A DNA stretch of 64,000 nt from the human T2T-CHM13v2.0 reference genome, Homo sapiens. The notes under the pieces were generated by a model. That model was given only the letters and a program-made list of their open reading frames with translations. It searched no databases and was not told where the DNA came from. Of this stretch, positions 52,751 through 64,000 are shown piece after piece (position 1 is the first letter of the stretch; the number at the start of each line of letters is the position of its first letter). Where the stretch lies: NCBI RefSeq assembly GCF_009914755.1, contig NC_060926.1, one strand, 5' to 3'. Position numbers and translations under genes: made by a program.

Positions 52751-54993
52751 TATGTGGAATATAGTGTGAAAACAATGATGCATTCATAAACGTTCATCAG
52801 CATTTACTCCAGATTTTAAATATCTTGCACACTGGAGTACATAAAAAATACATCAATGGATATGAAGTAATGAAAATACTGGGCAAAATGTTTGAGGCAT
52901 AATCAGAGGCCAGGATGCTAATATAAATAGTTCATTGCATTGTGTCCAATGGAATATGCAAACATTCTAGATTGTGACCAAAAATAGAGAGGAGCTCTGC
53001 TAAGCATCATTAAAGAAAAGCAATTCAACCAAAAGATAGGTAAGACCAACATGAAGTTAATTCCTACTGCTTCTATTGATAAGACCAGAAAGCAAAAGAA
53101 GCATTTTTTTTTCTTTTTTAAAAAAATTGTATGTAGGTTTACTAACATTTTCAGTTACTGGAGGTTAGTACTAGCAATGATTAAATTATTCTCAAACTGT
53201 CAACGTGATTGGGGATCATTTGAGATGCAGGAGACCAGATAGTCAAATATAAGGTAAAACCAGTGGTAAAAAGCTTCACTTTCTTCTAGACGATTATTAG
53301 AAGATGCTGTGACAACTGGCTTTATGATGCCAGAGCAGAAAGAAAAAAAATAATAGTATTTAAAGAACTTAGTATTGATCTACTCAGTATATACCTGGGC
53401 CCAATTCACAAATTCACCTAGCAGTATTATCTGCTACAGAAAAATCTTGAAATTCATTAAAAATTTACCAAATTAAAATGGAAGAATAATCTCGATTATC
53501 AATAGTGAGTGGCCTCTTGGGAAAGAGAGCAGAGAAAGCAGTCTCTCCGCCTCTCTAAGTAAGTACCTTGGTGTTACATCTCACGTTTTGCCCTGAAACA
53601 AAAGATACAAAGCTATCTAAATTCTATCCTCATTGACTTCATCAGATGAAGAATTTTATTAGGCAATGGAAGAATATGACTGAAAAGAAATTTTCTTTTG
53701 CAAGTGAAGAGAAGTGGGGGTTTTAAACAGTGCTATGTAATGCCTTTTAAGACATTTCTGACTAGTATTTCCTTAAAATGCCACAGAAGGCAATTCTGTA
53801 GGGTCAAGACAAATAATTATGTATTCAATGAGGCGCTTCTACTAATAAATCCTTAAATTTCCTTGAGGGACAACATCATGAAATCCCACATTTTTGCATT
53901 AAGGTATAGAGTATGCTATGTTGTCTAATAAACAATTACCTAGTAATAATGTCGAGTGCACACACACAACACATGCATACACACAAATACAATACATACC
54001 CATATGAAGGGAAAAGTAAATAATATATTACTCCTGGGCTAATAACTTATTGACTGCTCAGACAAAGGGACAGGTTGATGTAAGAGGCAGAGGGGAATTT
54101 CTTTGGTTCTTTTCACAAATAAATCATGGTATGATAAAAGATACCCTGTAGAAAACATATTATGAAAAAAAAATCATGTACCAGACAACTTGACCATAAA
54201 TCTACTTGTGATTTAATTGGAACGGTATAGCCTACTGAGCTAACTCAATGAAGGTGAGGATAGGGAAAAATATTTCTCTTTGGGATTAAAACCACATAAT
54301 ATATTTTTATTATCTAGAATGATGGTGTATATGAAGGATAGCTGGATATCAAAACTATGCCTTCTAAATGTTCGTAACATAGGCAGGAATAATGCATAAT
54401 TCTTTCTCCAACATCTTATCTAGCATGCTTTATTTTCCTGGCTTTCTCTTTGCTCACATTGATTATTTTATCTACACGGTACTACCCTCAAAGATTGCAG
54501 CCCAGAATCTAGACTTGTGTTTGAATAAACATAGCAAAATGTAACAATGACACTAATAAATGCACCTGTACGTCAATGCTACATTTTAAAGTAGTCCAAA
54601 TCTTGCTCCTAGGTTTCGTTTGGCTATCACACTTTCTTTGACTTTCACTGCTTTTATCTATAACCATAGTGATTCACAGATAGCTAATTTTATACCGTCA
54701 CATTTTGCGTGACATCCTGGGATCTCCTGATATTCAAAATGTTTTTTAAAAATTTTGCCTGTGTTAATGTTCACTTTTTGTACAGTAAATTTCTATGAAC
54801 TTTGTAAAATAAAATATTTAATACTTTATTATTTTGTTGCTCAAATTGTTCTATCTTTGGCCATTGGCAGCTCTTTCTGTGGGCTTCTGTGTCACTTTAT
54901 ATAACCTCATCATTTTGTGTGCATGTGTTTACACTAAAAGATGCACTAGGCTTATCTTGTCTATATTCTGATCTTAAACTCAGTCATTTTCTT

Positions 54994-55291
<298 letters not shown>

Positions 55292-57175
55292 AAACTCAGC
55301 CATTTTCTTACAAGTCTGGTTCTTTTTGTTGGAGGATGGTATTAGAAACCGAGATGTTAGTGTTAGGTGTACACTCATTGCTCTGGGTGTCATTTCTTCT
55401 AGGCCCACTCAGCTGACAAAGAAGGAAATATATGTGTGTTTACCAATCCATATATATATACATATAAATATTTCTATATGTCATCAACATCTATAATAGT
55501 ATAAAAATGAGTTCATATCGATATCTCCAATTCTAGTCTATTACCACATGTACTTTTCTAGCAAATTCTCTTTGCTCATCTGTAACTTTCCACTGCAACA
55601 GTGAGAAATCAGGCTCCTGCCATCTGTCATCCATTTACTTAATTTTTTAGTTTCAGAATATGCATACAGTTGAATCAGAATTCTTAAACCCTATCCTCAT
55701 AGCCGATATTTCATCAGTTGGAACACAGTACTTTTACAGTTTCTTTGACTTTAGTCTTAAGGAATCCACTTGTTTCCAAAATTACTTAGGTCAGCATTCT
55801 TTACACCCACCCCATTCAGTGGGGTTTCATGCATTTATAATATAGTTTTGTCACATTCTGCATTACCTTCTGGGATCTCTTGCTATTCTAAATGCTTTTT
55901 AAAATTTTTATATGCATTAATGTTCACTCTTTGTGCTGTAAATTTCTATGTGCTTTATAAATGCATATTGCCATGTAGTCTTCATTACATCAACAAATAG
56001 AATAGTTTCACTGCATTAAAAATTATCTACTGGGCTTTACTTAAAACATTTCTCTTCTTTTACATTTTCCAGAACGTAATATAACTGGAATCATATAGAA
56101 TGTAGCCTTTTCAGACTGGCTTTTACACTTAGTAGTATGCATTTACATATAATTATGTTTTTTTGTGGCTTGATAATGCATTTCTTTTTATTAATGAATA
56201 TTATTTTGTTTTATTGATATACCACAGTTGATCCAATCATCCATTACAGAATGTCTCGGTTGTTTCCATTTTGGAAAATTATAAATAAAGCTACTATAAA
56301 CATTTGCAGGACACTTTTTGTGTGTGTGATGTGTGAACATAAGTTTTGAAATTAGTCAGTGGATATCTAGAAACAGGATTGCTGGATTGTATGCTATATT
56401 TATGTTTAGCTTTGTAAGAAACTGCCAAACTGTCTTCCAAAGTAGCTGCACCATTTTGTAGCTGTACAGTTTGCATTCCCACCGTCAAAGAATGAGAATT
56501 CCTGTTGTCTCTCATCCTCATCAGCAAGTGGAATAGCTGTTCTTTATTGGGCTTTGGTTTTATTTTGCTTTATTTTTGGATTTTAGTCATTCTAATTAGT
56601 TGCAATGCGTTTTGTTGTTTTAATGAACAATTCCCTAATGATAAATGATGTTGAATATCTTTTTCTATGCTTATTGGCCATCTGTATATCTTGTTTGCTG
56701 AGGCATCTGTTCAGATCATTTGCCAATTTAGGGGTTGTTTTCTTATTGTTAAGCATAAAAGCTGTTTTATATTTTGGATCTAAGTTCCTTATGAGATATG
56801 CTTTTTTGCAAATGCTTTCTTGAGTCTATGGCTTCTCTTTTTATTCTCTTAACTGTCTTTCACTGAGTAGAAGTTTTTAATTTCAGCAAAGCCTAATTCA
56901 TCAATTTTTAAATTTCTTATGTCATGCTTTTGATGCTGTGTCTACAAACTCATTACCAAGCCCAATGTCACATGGAGTTTTATCCTATGTTTTTGTCTAA
57001 ACATTTTTAAATTTTTAAACATTTTATATTTAGGTCTGCAATGCATTTCAATTTTTGTAAAATTGTAAAGTCCATCTACATTCTTTCTTTGTACATGAAC
57101 TTAATTTTTCTAGTAACATTTATTGAAAAGCCTATTCTTTCTTTACTGAATGCCTTTGTTATTTTGTCAAAAATT

Positions 57176-57845
57176 GTAGAGAATAGATACTATGATCTAT
57201 TTCTATTCAGAATGATTCTAAGGCCATTTCCCCCACACCAACCTATTCTCCAACTTTTCAGGCACCAACTGGGTGTCCTACAATTCAATTCAATTCTGAC
57301 CCTAACTACCTGGACTTACATCAGACCCCACAGGTCAAGGGCTCAGTCCCACAAGAGTGCCCTCATTTCAGATACCAATAGAAAGTCTAAGCCACTCATA
57401 TTTTTGACTAACCAGCTATAAATTGGATTTCCACAATCCTCTCTCCAGGTTTGATGATTTGCTAGAACAACTCCCAGAACCCAAATAAGCACTTAAAGTT
57501 ACATTTATTAGTTCACTATAAAGGATACAAATAGACAGTCAGAAGAAGGGTACATAAGCAAGACACAGAAGGGTTCTGACCACAGGAGTTTCTGCCCCAC
57601 TGAGTTAGGGTGGGCTACTCTCTAGGCACATGAATGTCTTCATCATTGTGGTGAACCTGGGGTTTTCTGAACTCCTTCATTTAGGGTTTTTAAGGAAGCT
57701 TCAGTATGTAAGCATTATTGATTAAACCAGTAGCCACTGGAGATTGAGCTCAATATCTGCCCTTTCTTTCCTCCCCAGAGGTAGAGAAGGTGAAGCTGAA
57801 AGTCCCAATTCTTTTATCGCTGATTGGTTTCTCTGGCAACCAGCT
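57176..57845 (-). mobile_element. MER21-like LTR
   Basis: CACCAACTGGGTGTCCTACAATTCAATTCAATTCTGAC..AGGGCTCAGTCCCACAAGA..GCTGAAAGTCCCAA. Confidence 0.8.
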
Positions 57846-58519
57846 TTCAGAATATGCTTTATCTTGGTGGAAGTTCTATAAGAGGTAAAGAAGAATGTAT
57901 CGTCACTGTTGTTGAAAGGATTATTCTATAAATTGAATTCACTAATTAGAGTGATAGTGCTGTTTAGATAATCTATACCTTTAATAATTTCCTACCAACT
58001 TGAACTATTAATTACTGACGAAGGGATACTGAAGTCAGCAACTATGATACGGAATTTCTCTCCTCCCAGGCTTATCATTTTTTTATCTCATTGGTTGTGA
58101 CTCTCTGTTGTTAGATGCATACACTTTCAAGATTAGTGTATCTTCTTAAAACTTAATCTCTTTATAATTACAGGAATGCCACAGGTATATTGTAGGTTTG
58201 GTTCTAAACTATTGCAATAAAATAAACAACACATTTTTTTCATTTCCCAGACATATAAAGGTTGTATTTACAATATACTGTAGTTTATTAATTGTGCAAT
58301 AGCACTGTGTCTAAGAAACAATGTATATATCTTAATTTTAAAATACTTTATTGCTAAAATAATGCTAATGATCTACTAAGCCTTCAGTGAGTCATAATCT
58401 TTTTGCTGGTGGAGGTTCTTGCTTCAATGTTGATGGCTGTTGATTGACCAGGGAGGTGGTTGCTGAAGGCTGGGGAAGCTGTGCCAATTTCTTAAAAAAG
58501 ACAACAGTGAAGTTTGCTT

Positions 58520-60140
58520 CATTGATTGACTCTTTCTTTCATGAAAGACATCCCTGTAGCATGTGATGCTACTTGACAGCATTTTATCCACAGTAGATCT
58601 TTTCTCAAAATTAGAGTTAATCTTTTTAAAGTCTACGGCTGCTTTATCAACTTTATGTACTAATCTGTGTTGTCATTTAAACAATTTGTACAGCTTCTTT
58701 AGCAAGATTAGATTTCATCTCAAAAACCATTTTCTTTGCTCATCCATTAGAAACAACTCCTCATTTTTGGAAGTTTTATTATGTGATTGCAGCAATTCCA
58801 TCACATCTCCAGGCTCCACTTTTAATTCTTGTTCTTTTACTATTTCTGCCTCAACTTTAGTTACTTCCTCCCCTGAAGTCTTGAATTCCTTAAAGTCCTT
58901 CATGAGAATCAACTTCTTTGAAATCCCTGTTAATGTTGATATTTTGACCTCCTCCCATGAAACAGAAATGTTCTTAATGTCATATAGAATGGTGAATTCT
59001 TTCCAGAAGGTTTTCAATTTACTTTGCTCAGATCATCGGAGGAATAAAATATATTTCTTAACTAACAAGACTTGAAAGGCAAAATTACTTCTTGATCCAT
59101 GGGCTACCAAGTTGATGTTATATTAGAAGACATGAAAACAAATTAATCTCCTTGCAAATCTCTGTCAGAGGTCTTGGGTGACCAGGAGCATTGTCAATTA
59201 GCAGAAATATTTTGAAAGGAATTTTTTTTATTTTGAGCAGTGGATCTTAACGGTGGGCCTGAAATATTCAGTAAACTGTGTTGTAAACAGATGTGCTGTC
59301 ACTAAGGAAACATTGTTGACTTTATTGAAAAATTGAATTGTCATTCATTGAAACATTGTTGTTTTATTGATAAAGCATAGACAGAGGGAATTTAGACCAA
59401 TTATTAAGGGCCCTAACATTTTTGAAATAGTAAATGAACAATTGCTTCAACTTAAAGTCACCAGCTGCATTAGTCCCTAACTGGAGTCAGCTTGACATTT
59501 GAAGCTTTGAAGTCAAACATTGACATTTTCTCTAAAGCTATAAAAGTCTTAGATGGAATCTTCTTCCAATATAAGGCTACTTCATCTACATTGAAAATTT
59601 GTTGTTTAGTATAGCCATCTTTATCAATTATCTTGGCTAGATCTTCTGGATAACTTGCTACTGCTTCTACATCAGCACTTGTTGCTTCACCTTGCACTTT
59701 TATATTACGGAGACAGCTTCTTTTCTTAAACCTCATGAACCAACCTCTTCTGGCTTCAATCATTTCTTCTACAGCTTCTTTATCTGTCTCAGCCTTTATA
59801 GAGTTGAAGAGAGTTAGGGGCTTGCTCTGGATTAGGCTTTGGCTTGGGGGACTGTTGGGGCTCTCTACAGCCCCACAAAAACTTGCTCCAAATCAGCAAT
59901 AAGTTTGTTTGACTTTCTTATCATTCGTGTGTTCTCTAAACTAGCTGTTTTGAATTCCTTTAAGGACTCTCACTGTGCATTTACAAGCTGGGTAACTGTT
60001 TGGTGCAAGAGGCTTCCCTTGCAGCCTGTCTCAACTTTAGCCATGCCTTCCTCACTAAGCTTAATTATTTCTAGCTTTAGGTTTAAAGTCAGATAAATGA
60101 GATTCTTTCTTCCATTTGAAAACTTAGAGGTCACCGTAGG
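58520..60140 (-). pseudogene. Degenerate Tigger1 transposase (CENP-B/pogo, TIGD1-like) with stops and frameshifts
   Basis: ORF fragments [61 protein letters not shown]. Confidence 0.88.
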
Positions 60141-60215
60141 GTTATTAATTGCCATAATTTCAATATTCTTGTGTCTTAGGGAATATGGAATTCTGAGGAG
60201 AGAGATGAGGATGGA

Positions 60216-60603
60216 TGATATGATTAAGCTTTGTGTCCCCACCCAAATCTCATCTTGAATTACAATCCTTATAATCCCCATAATCTCCACATGTCAAGAG
60301 ACAGACCAGCTGGAGGTAACTGAATAGCGGGGATGTTTCCTCCATGCTGTTTTCATGATAGTGAGTGAGTTCTCATAAAATCTGATGGTTTTACAAGGGG
60401 CTCTTCCCCTCTTTGCTCAGCATTTCTCCTTTCTGCTGCCTTGTGAAGAAGGTGTCTTGCTTCCCCTTTGCCTTCTGCCATGATTAAGCTTCCTGAGGTG
60501 TGTCCCCAGACATGCTGGAATGAGAGTCAATTAAACTTCTTTCCCTTATAAATTACCCAGTCTCAGGCAGTTCTTTATAGCAGTATGAAAATGGACTAAT
60601 ACA
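60216..60603 (+). mobile_element. THE1D-like solo LTR inside Tigger1
   Basis: TGATATG..GTGTCCCCACCCAAATCTCATCTTGAATT..GGACTAATACA; TSD ATGGA/ATGGG. Confidence 0.95.
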
Positions 60604-60708
60604 ATGGGAATAGGGCTGTTCCATGGAGCAGTCAGAACACATACATTTATCAATTCAGTTCATCGTTTTATATAGTCACTGTTCATGGCAACACAAAACA
60701 ATTACAAT

Positions 60709-61700
60709 AATGGCCTCCAGCTCCATACAGGTTTTTCCGAAGGACATAATTTTATTCTTTTTATGGCTATGTAGTGTCCCATAGTATATATGTACCACAT
60801 TATCTTTATCCAATCCACCATTTATGGGCACCTTGTTGATTCCATGTCTTCTCTATTGTGAATAGTGCTGCAATCAACATATGTGTGCATGTCTTTTGGT
60901 AAAATGATTTATTTTCTTTTGGCTATATACCTAGTAATGGAATTGCTGGGTCAAATGGTAGTTCTAATTTTTTTTTTTTTTTTGAGTCAGGTTCTCTCTC
61001 TGTCATCCTGGCTGGAGTGCAGTGGAGTGATCATGGCTCACTGCAGCCTCAGCCTCCCAGGCTCAATCAATCCTCCCATCTCAGGCTCTGAGTAACTGGG
61101 GATATAGGTGGGTGCCACCATGTCTGGTTAATTTTCGTATTTCTTGTAGAGATGAGGTTTCACCACGTTGCCCAGGCTGGTCTCGAACTCCTTTGGCTCG
61201 AGATCCAGCCACCTCAGCTTCCCAAAGTGCTGGGATTACAGGCATGAGCCACTGTGCCCAATCTGTGTTAAGTTCTTTTAGAAATCTCCAAACTGCTTTC
61301 CACAGTAGCCAAACTAGTTTACTTTCCAGCAACAGTGTATAAGTATTTTTCCACAGCCTTGCCAACATCTGTTGTTTTTTGACTTTCTAATAATAACCAT
61401 TCTGACTGGTATGAGATGCTATCTCATTGTTGTTTTGATTTGCATTTCTCTGATGATTAGTGATATTGAGCATTTTTCATGTTTTTGGCTGCTTGTATGC
61501 GTTGTATTAAGAAGTATCTGTTCGTGTCTTTTGATAATTTTTTAATGTGACTATTTGTTTATTGCTTGTTCAATTGTTAAAGTTCCTTATAGATTCTGGA
61601 CATTAGACTTTGCCAGATGCATATTTTGTAAATATTTTCTTTCATTCTATAGGTTGTCTGCTCACTCTTTTGATAGTTTCTTTTGCTGTGCAGAAGTTAA
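60709..61700 (-). mobile_element. Old L1PA/L1PB fragment, split by AluJ
   Basis: ATGGCCTCCAGCTCCAT..AATCTCCAAACTGCTTTCCACAG..TTTTGCTGTGCAGAAG. Confidence 0.88.
60968..61260 (-). mobile_element. AluJ
   Basis: GATCATGGCTCACTGCAGCCTC..CCCAAAGTGCTGGGATTACAGGCATGAGCCAC. Confidence 0.93.
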
Positions 61701-61709
61701 GCTAATGTG

Positions 61710-62765
61710 TGTATACAGTTTTAGATAAGGGTCCAACTTTATTCCTTTGTATGTAAGTATTTGATTTTTATTTCACTATTGATTTAAAAGACTGATCTTT
61801 CCCCATTGAGTGGTTTTGGCATCCTTGTTGAAAATAATTTGACCACCTATGCAGGAGTCTATTTCTGGGATCTCTTTTCTATTTCATGGTCTATATGTCT
61901 GTTTTTATATAAGTATCACAGCGTTTTGATAATTGTAGCTTTGCAGTACATATTGAAATTAGGTAATGTGAAAACTCTGACTTTGTTATTCTTTGTCTAA
62001 ATTGTTTTGGTTATGTGAAACCCCTTGAGATCTCATATTAATTTTAGGATGGGTTTTTCTATTTCTGCAAAAACTTCATTGGCTTTTGATAGTGCTTGCA
62101 CTGAATCTACAGATCACTCTGGGCAGTACTGACATCTAAACAATATTAAGTTTTTCAACCATGAACACAGAATGCCTTTGTATTTATTAATGTCTTTAAT
62201 TTTTTTCAGCAATGTTTTGTCATTTTCAGTGTACAAATCTTTTATATCTCTTGTTAACATAATCTCTATTTCATTTATTTTGATGCAATTATAAATTGAA
62301 TTATTTTCTTAAGTTCTTTTTTGAATTGTTAATTGTTAGCGAATAGAAACACAATGAATTTTTGTGTGCTGATTTTGTACCCTGAACTTTTATGAATCAA
62401 CTTATTAGTTCTAGCTTTTTTTGTATATAGGATCTTTAGCATTTTCTGCGTACAAGAACATATTATCTGTGAACAGTGATAGTTTTCTTGTTTATTTCTT
62501 TTCCTTCCTTATTGCTGTGACTAAAACTTCCAATATTATGTTGAAAAGAAGTGGCAAAAGCAGGCATCCTTCACTTGTTCCTGATCATAAAAGGAAAAGC
62601 TTTCAGTCTTTAGCCATTTAGTTTGATGCTAGCTGTGTTTTTTCTTTTATGGTCTTATTGTGTTTAGGTAGTTTCATTCAAGTCCCAGTTTGCTGAGTGC
62701 TTTTAATCATGAAGGGTTTTTAATTTTGACATATGTTTTTTCTGTATCTATTGAGATGATCCTGA
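61710..62765 (-). mobile_element. L1MA/MB ORF2 fragment
   Basis: AAGGGTCCAACTT..CACTGAATCTACAGATC..TCTGTATCTATTGAGATGATC. Confidence 0.85.
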
Positions 62766-62769
62766 TTAT

Positions 62770-63920
62770 CTAGACCTAACTAGATGACCAACTAGATCTA
62801 ACACACATATACAGAATATTCAAGCCAAAGACAGAATAATACATATTATTCTCGAATGCTTGTAGAAAATTCTGCAGGGACCAGCTTCATGGAAGACAAT
62901 TTTTCCAGACTTGGTGAGTGGGGAGGTTTTGGGATGAAAGTTTTCAGCCTCAGATCATCAGGCATTAGCTAGAGTCTCATAAGGAATGCACAACCTAGAT
63001 CCCTCATCTGCGCTCTTCACAATCAGTGTCACACTCCTATAAAAATCTAATGCTGCTGCTGATCTGACAGGAGGGGGAGTGGAGGCAGTAATGCTCTCTT
63101 GCTTACTGCTCACCTCCTGCTGTGCGGCCCAGTTTCTAACAGGCCATGGACCCATACCTGTCTACAGAGTGGGGGTTGGGGACCACTGTATTACACAACA
63201 AAATAACTCTAAATACATTCCTTATTTAAAAATAATGAAAGTGTACAAACTATTTTCTCTGATTAGAATGAAATGAAGCTAGAAATAAGTAACACAAGGT
63301 AAGCTAGAAAATACATAGATTTATGAAAATTAAAAAATACATCTTTAAACAATCAACAAATCAAAGAATCACAGGAAAATTAGAAATTATTCTGAGACAA
63401 ATGAAAACAAAAACACAGCATGCAAAAACTTCTAGAATTTAGCAAAAGCAATGTTCAGAGAAAAAAATTACAGTTATAATTATCTCCATTTAAATAAAAA
63501 AACCTCAAATTAAGAACCTAACTTAACACATCAAGGAACTAGAAAAAGAAAAGCAAATTAAATTCAAATATAACAGAAGGAAGGAAAAAGGGAAAAAAGA
63601 AGATTAAAGTGGAGATAAGTGAAATAAAAAATAGAAAAACAATAGAGAGAATCAATGAAACAAAAGCTGTTTACTTAAAAGATCAATAATACAAAACTTT
63701 AGTCTGACAAAGAAACAGAGAGAACATGCAAATAACTAAAGTCAGAGAAGTAACTAGGATATTACTACTGACTTTACAAAAATTTGAAAAAAGATTATAA
63801 GAGGACACTATGAACAATTGTATGCCAGTAAGTTAGATAACATCAGTGATATAGAAACTCCCTAGAAATCCCCCAAATAACAAAACTGAGCCAATGAATA
63901 ACAGGAAATCTAACCAGTTA
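62770..63920 (+). mobile_element. L1M ORF2 (endonuclease to Z-domain region), interrupted by MER1B
   Basis: ATCTAACACACATATACAGAA..AAATGAAAACAAAAACACA..AAGGAACTAGAAAAAGAA..CTATGAACAATTGTATGCC. Confidence 0.88.
62875..63188 (-). mobile_element. MER1B lacking one TIR
   Basis: CAGGGACCAGCTTCATGGAAGACAATTTTT..GGGGGTTGGGGACCACTG. Confidence 0.92.
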
Positions 63921-64000
63921 CATAAGAAATTACATATTAATTAAATATTTGTGAAATAATGTGTAAATAATTTGTGACTATAAATTAATAATATTAGTAA

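Larger units (their letters stand above)
58171..60708 (-). mobile_element. Tigger1 (TcMar-pogo) DNA transposon, near full length, interrupted by THE1D, one TIR missing
   Basis: TA|CAGGAATGCC..ATATTG..GGTT terminus; minus-strand transposase remnants. Confidence 0.95.

Noticed and set aside
58563-59075. Longest ORF (170 aa, plus strand)
   Set aside because: It is the antisense frame of the Tigger1 transposase remnant.
58171-60708. Domesticated TIGD1-like gene
   Set aside because: The transposase is broken into several frames with stops and deletions; it is an ordinary decayed Tigger1 copy.

Overview
This is AT-rich, CpG-poor primate (human-like) genomic DNA, either intergenic or deep intronic. 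I found no supportable protein-coding exon, RNA gene, CpG island or CRISPR array. Roughly half or more of the window is interspersed repeats: Alu (J and S subfamilies, FLAM), L1 (L1PA to L1ME), L2, MIR, MaLR LTRs (MLT1, MST, THE1), ERV1 LTRs (two solo LTR7/HERV-H, LTR8-, LTR27/LTR1-, MER34-, MER41- and MER66-like), ERVL LTR16-like, MER21-like and DNA transposons (three MER1, one large Tigger1). The listed ORFs are chance ORFs or repeat remnants; only Tigger1 transposase and L1 ORF2 fragments resemble real proteins. The notable items are structural: two independent convergent solo LTR7 about 2.5 kb apart, a four-level nested insertion, one clear and one possible twin-primed (5'-inverted) L1, a recent 155-bp tandem duplication with a templated junction, a truncated Alu fused to a 61-bp copy of DNA from 2 kb away, and a candidate developmental enhancer motif cluster. 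I see no evidence for a new biological system. Subfamily names come from my recall of consensus sequences and were not computed; boundaries of old elements are approximate.
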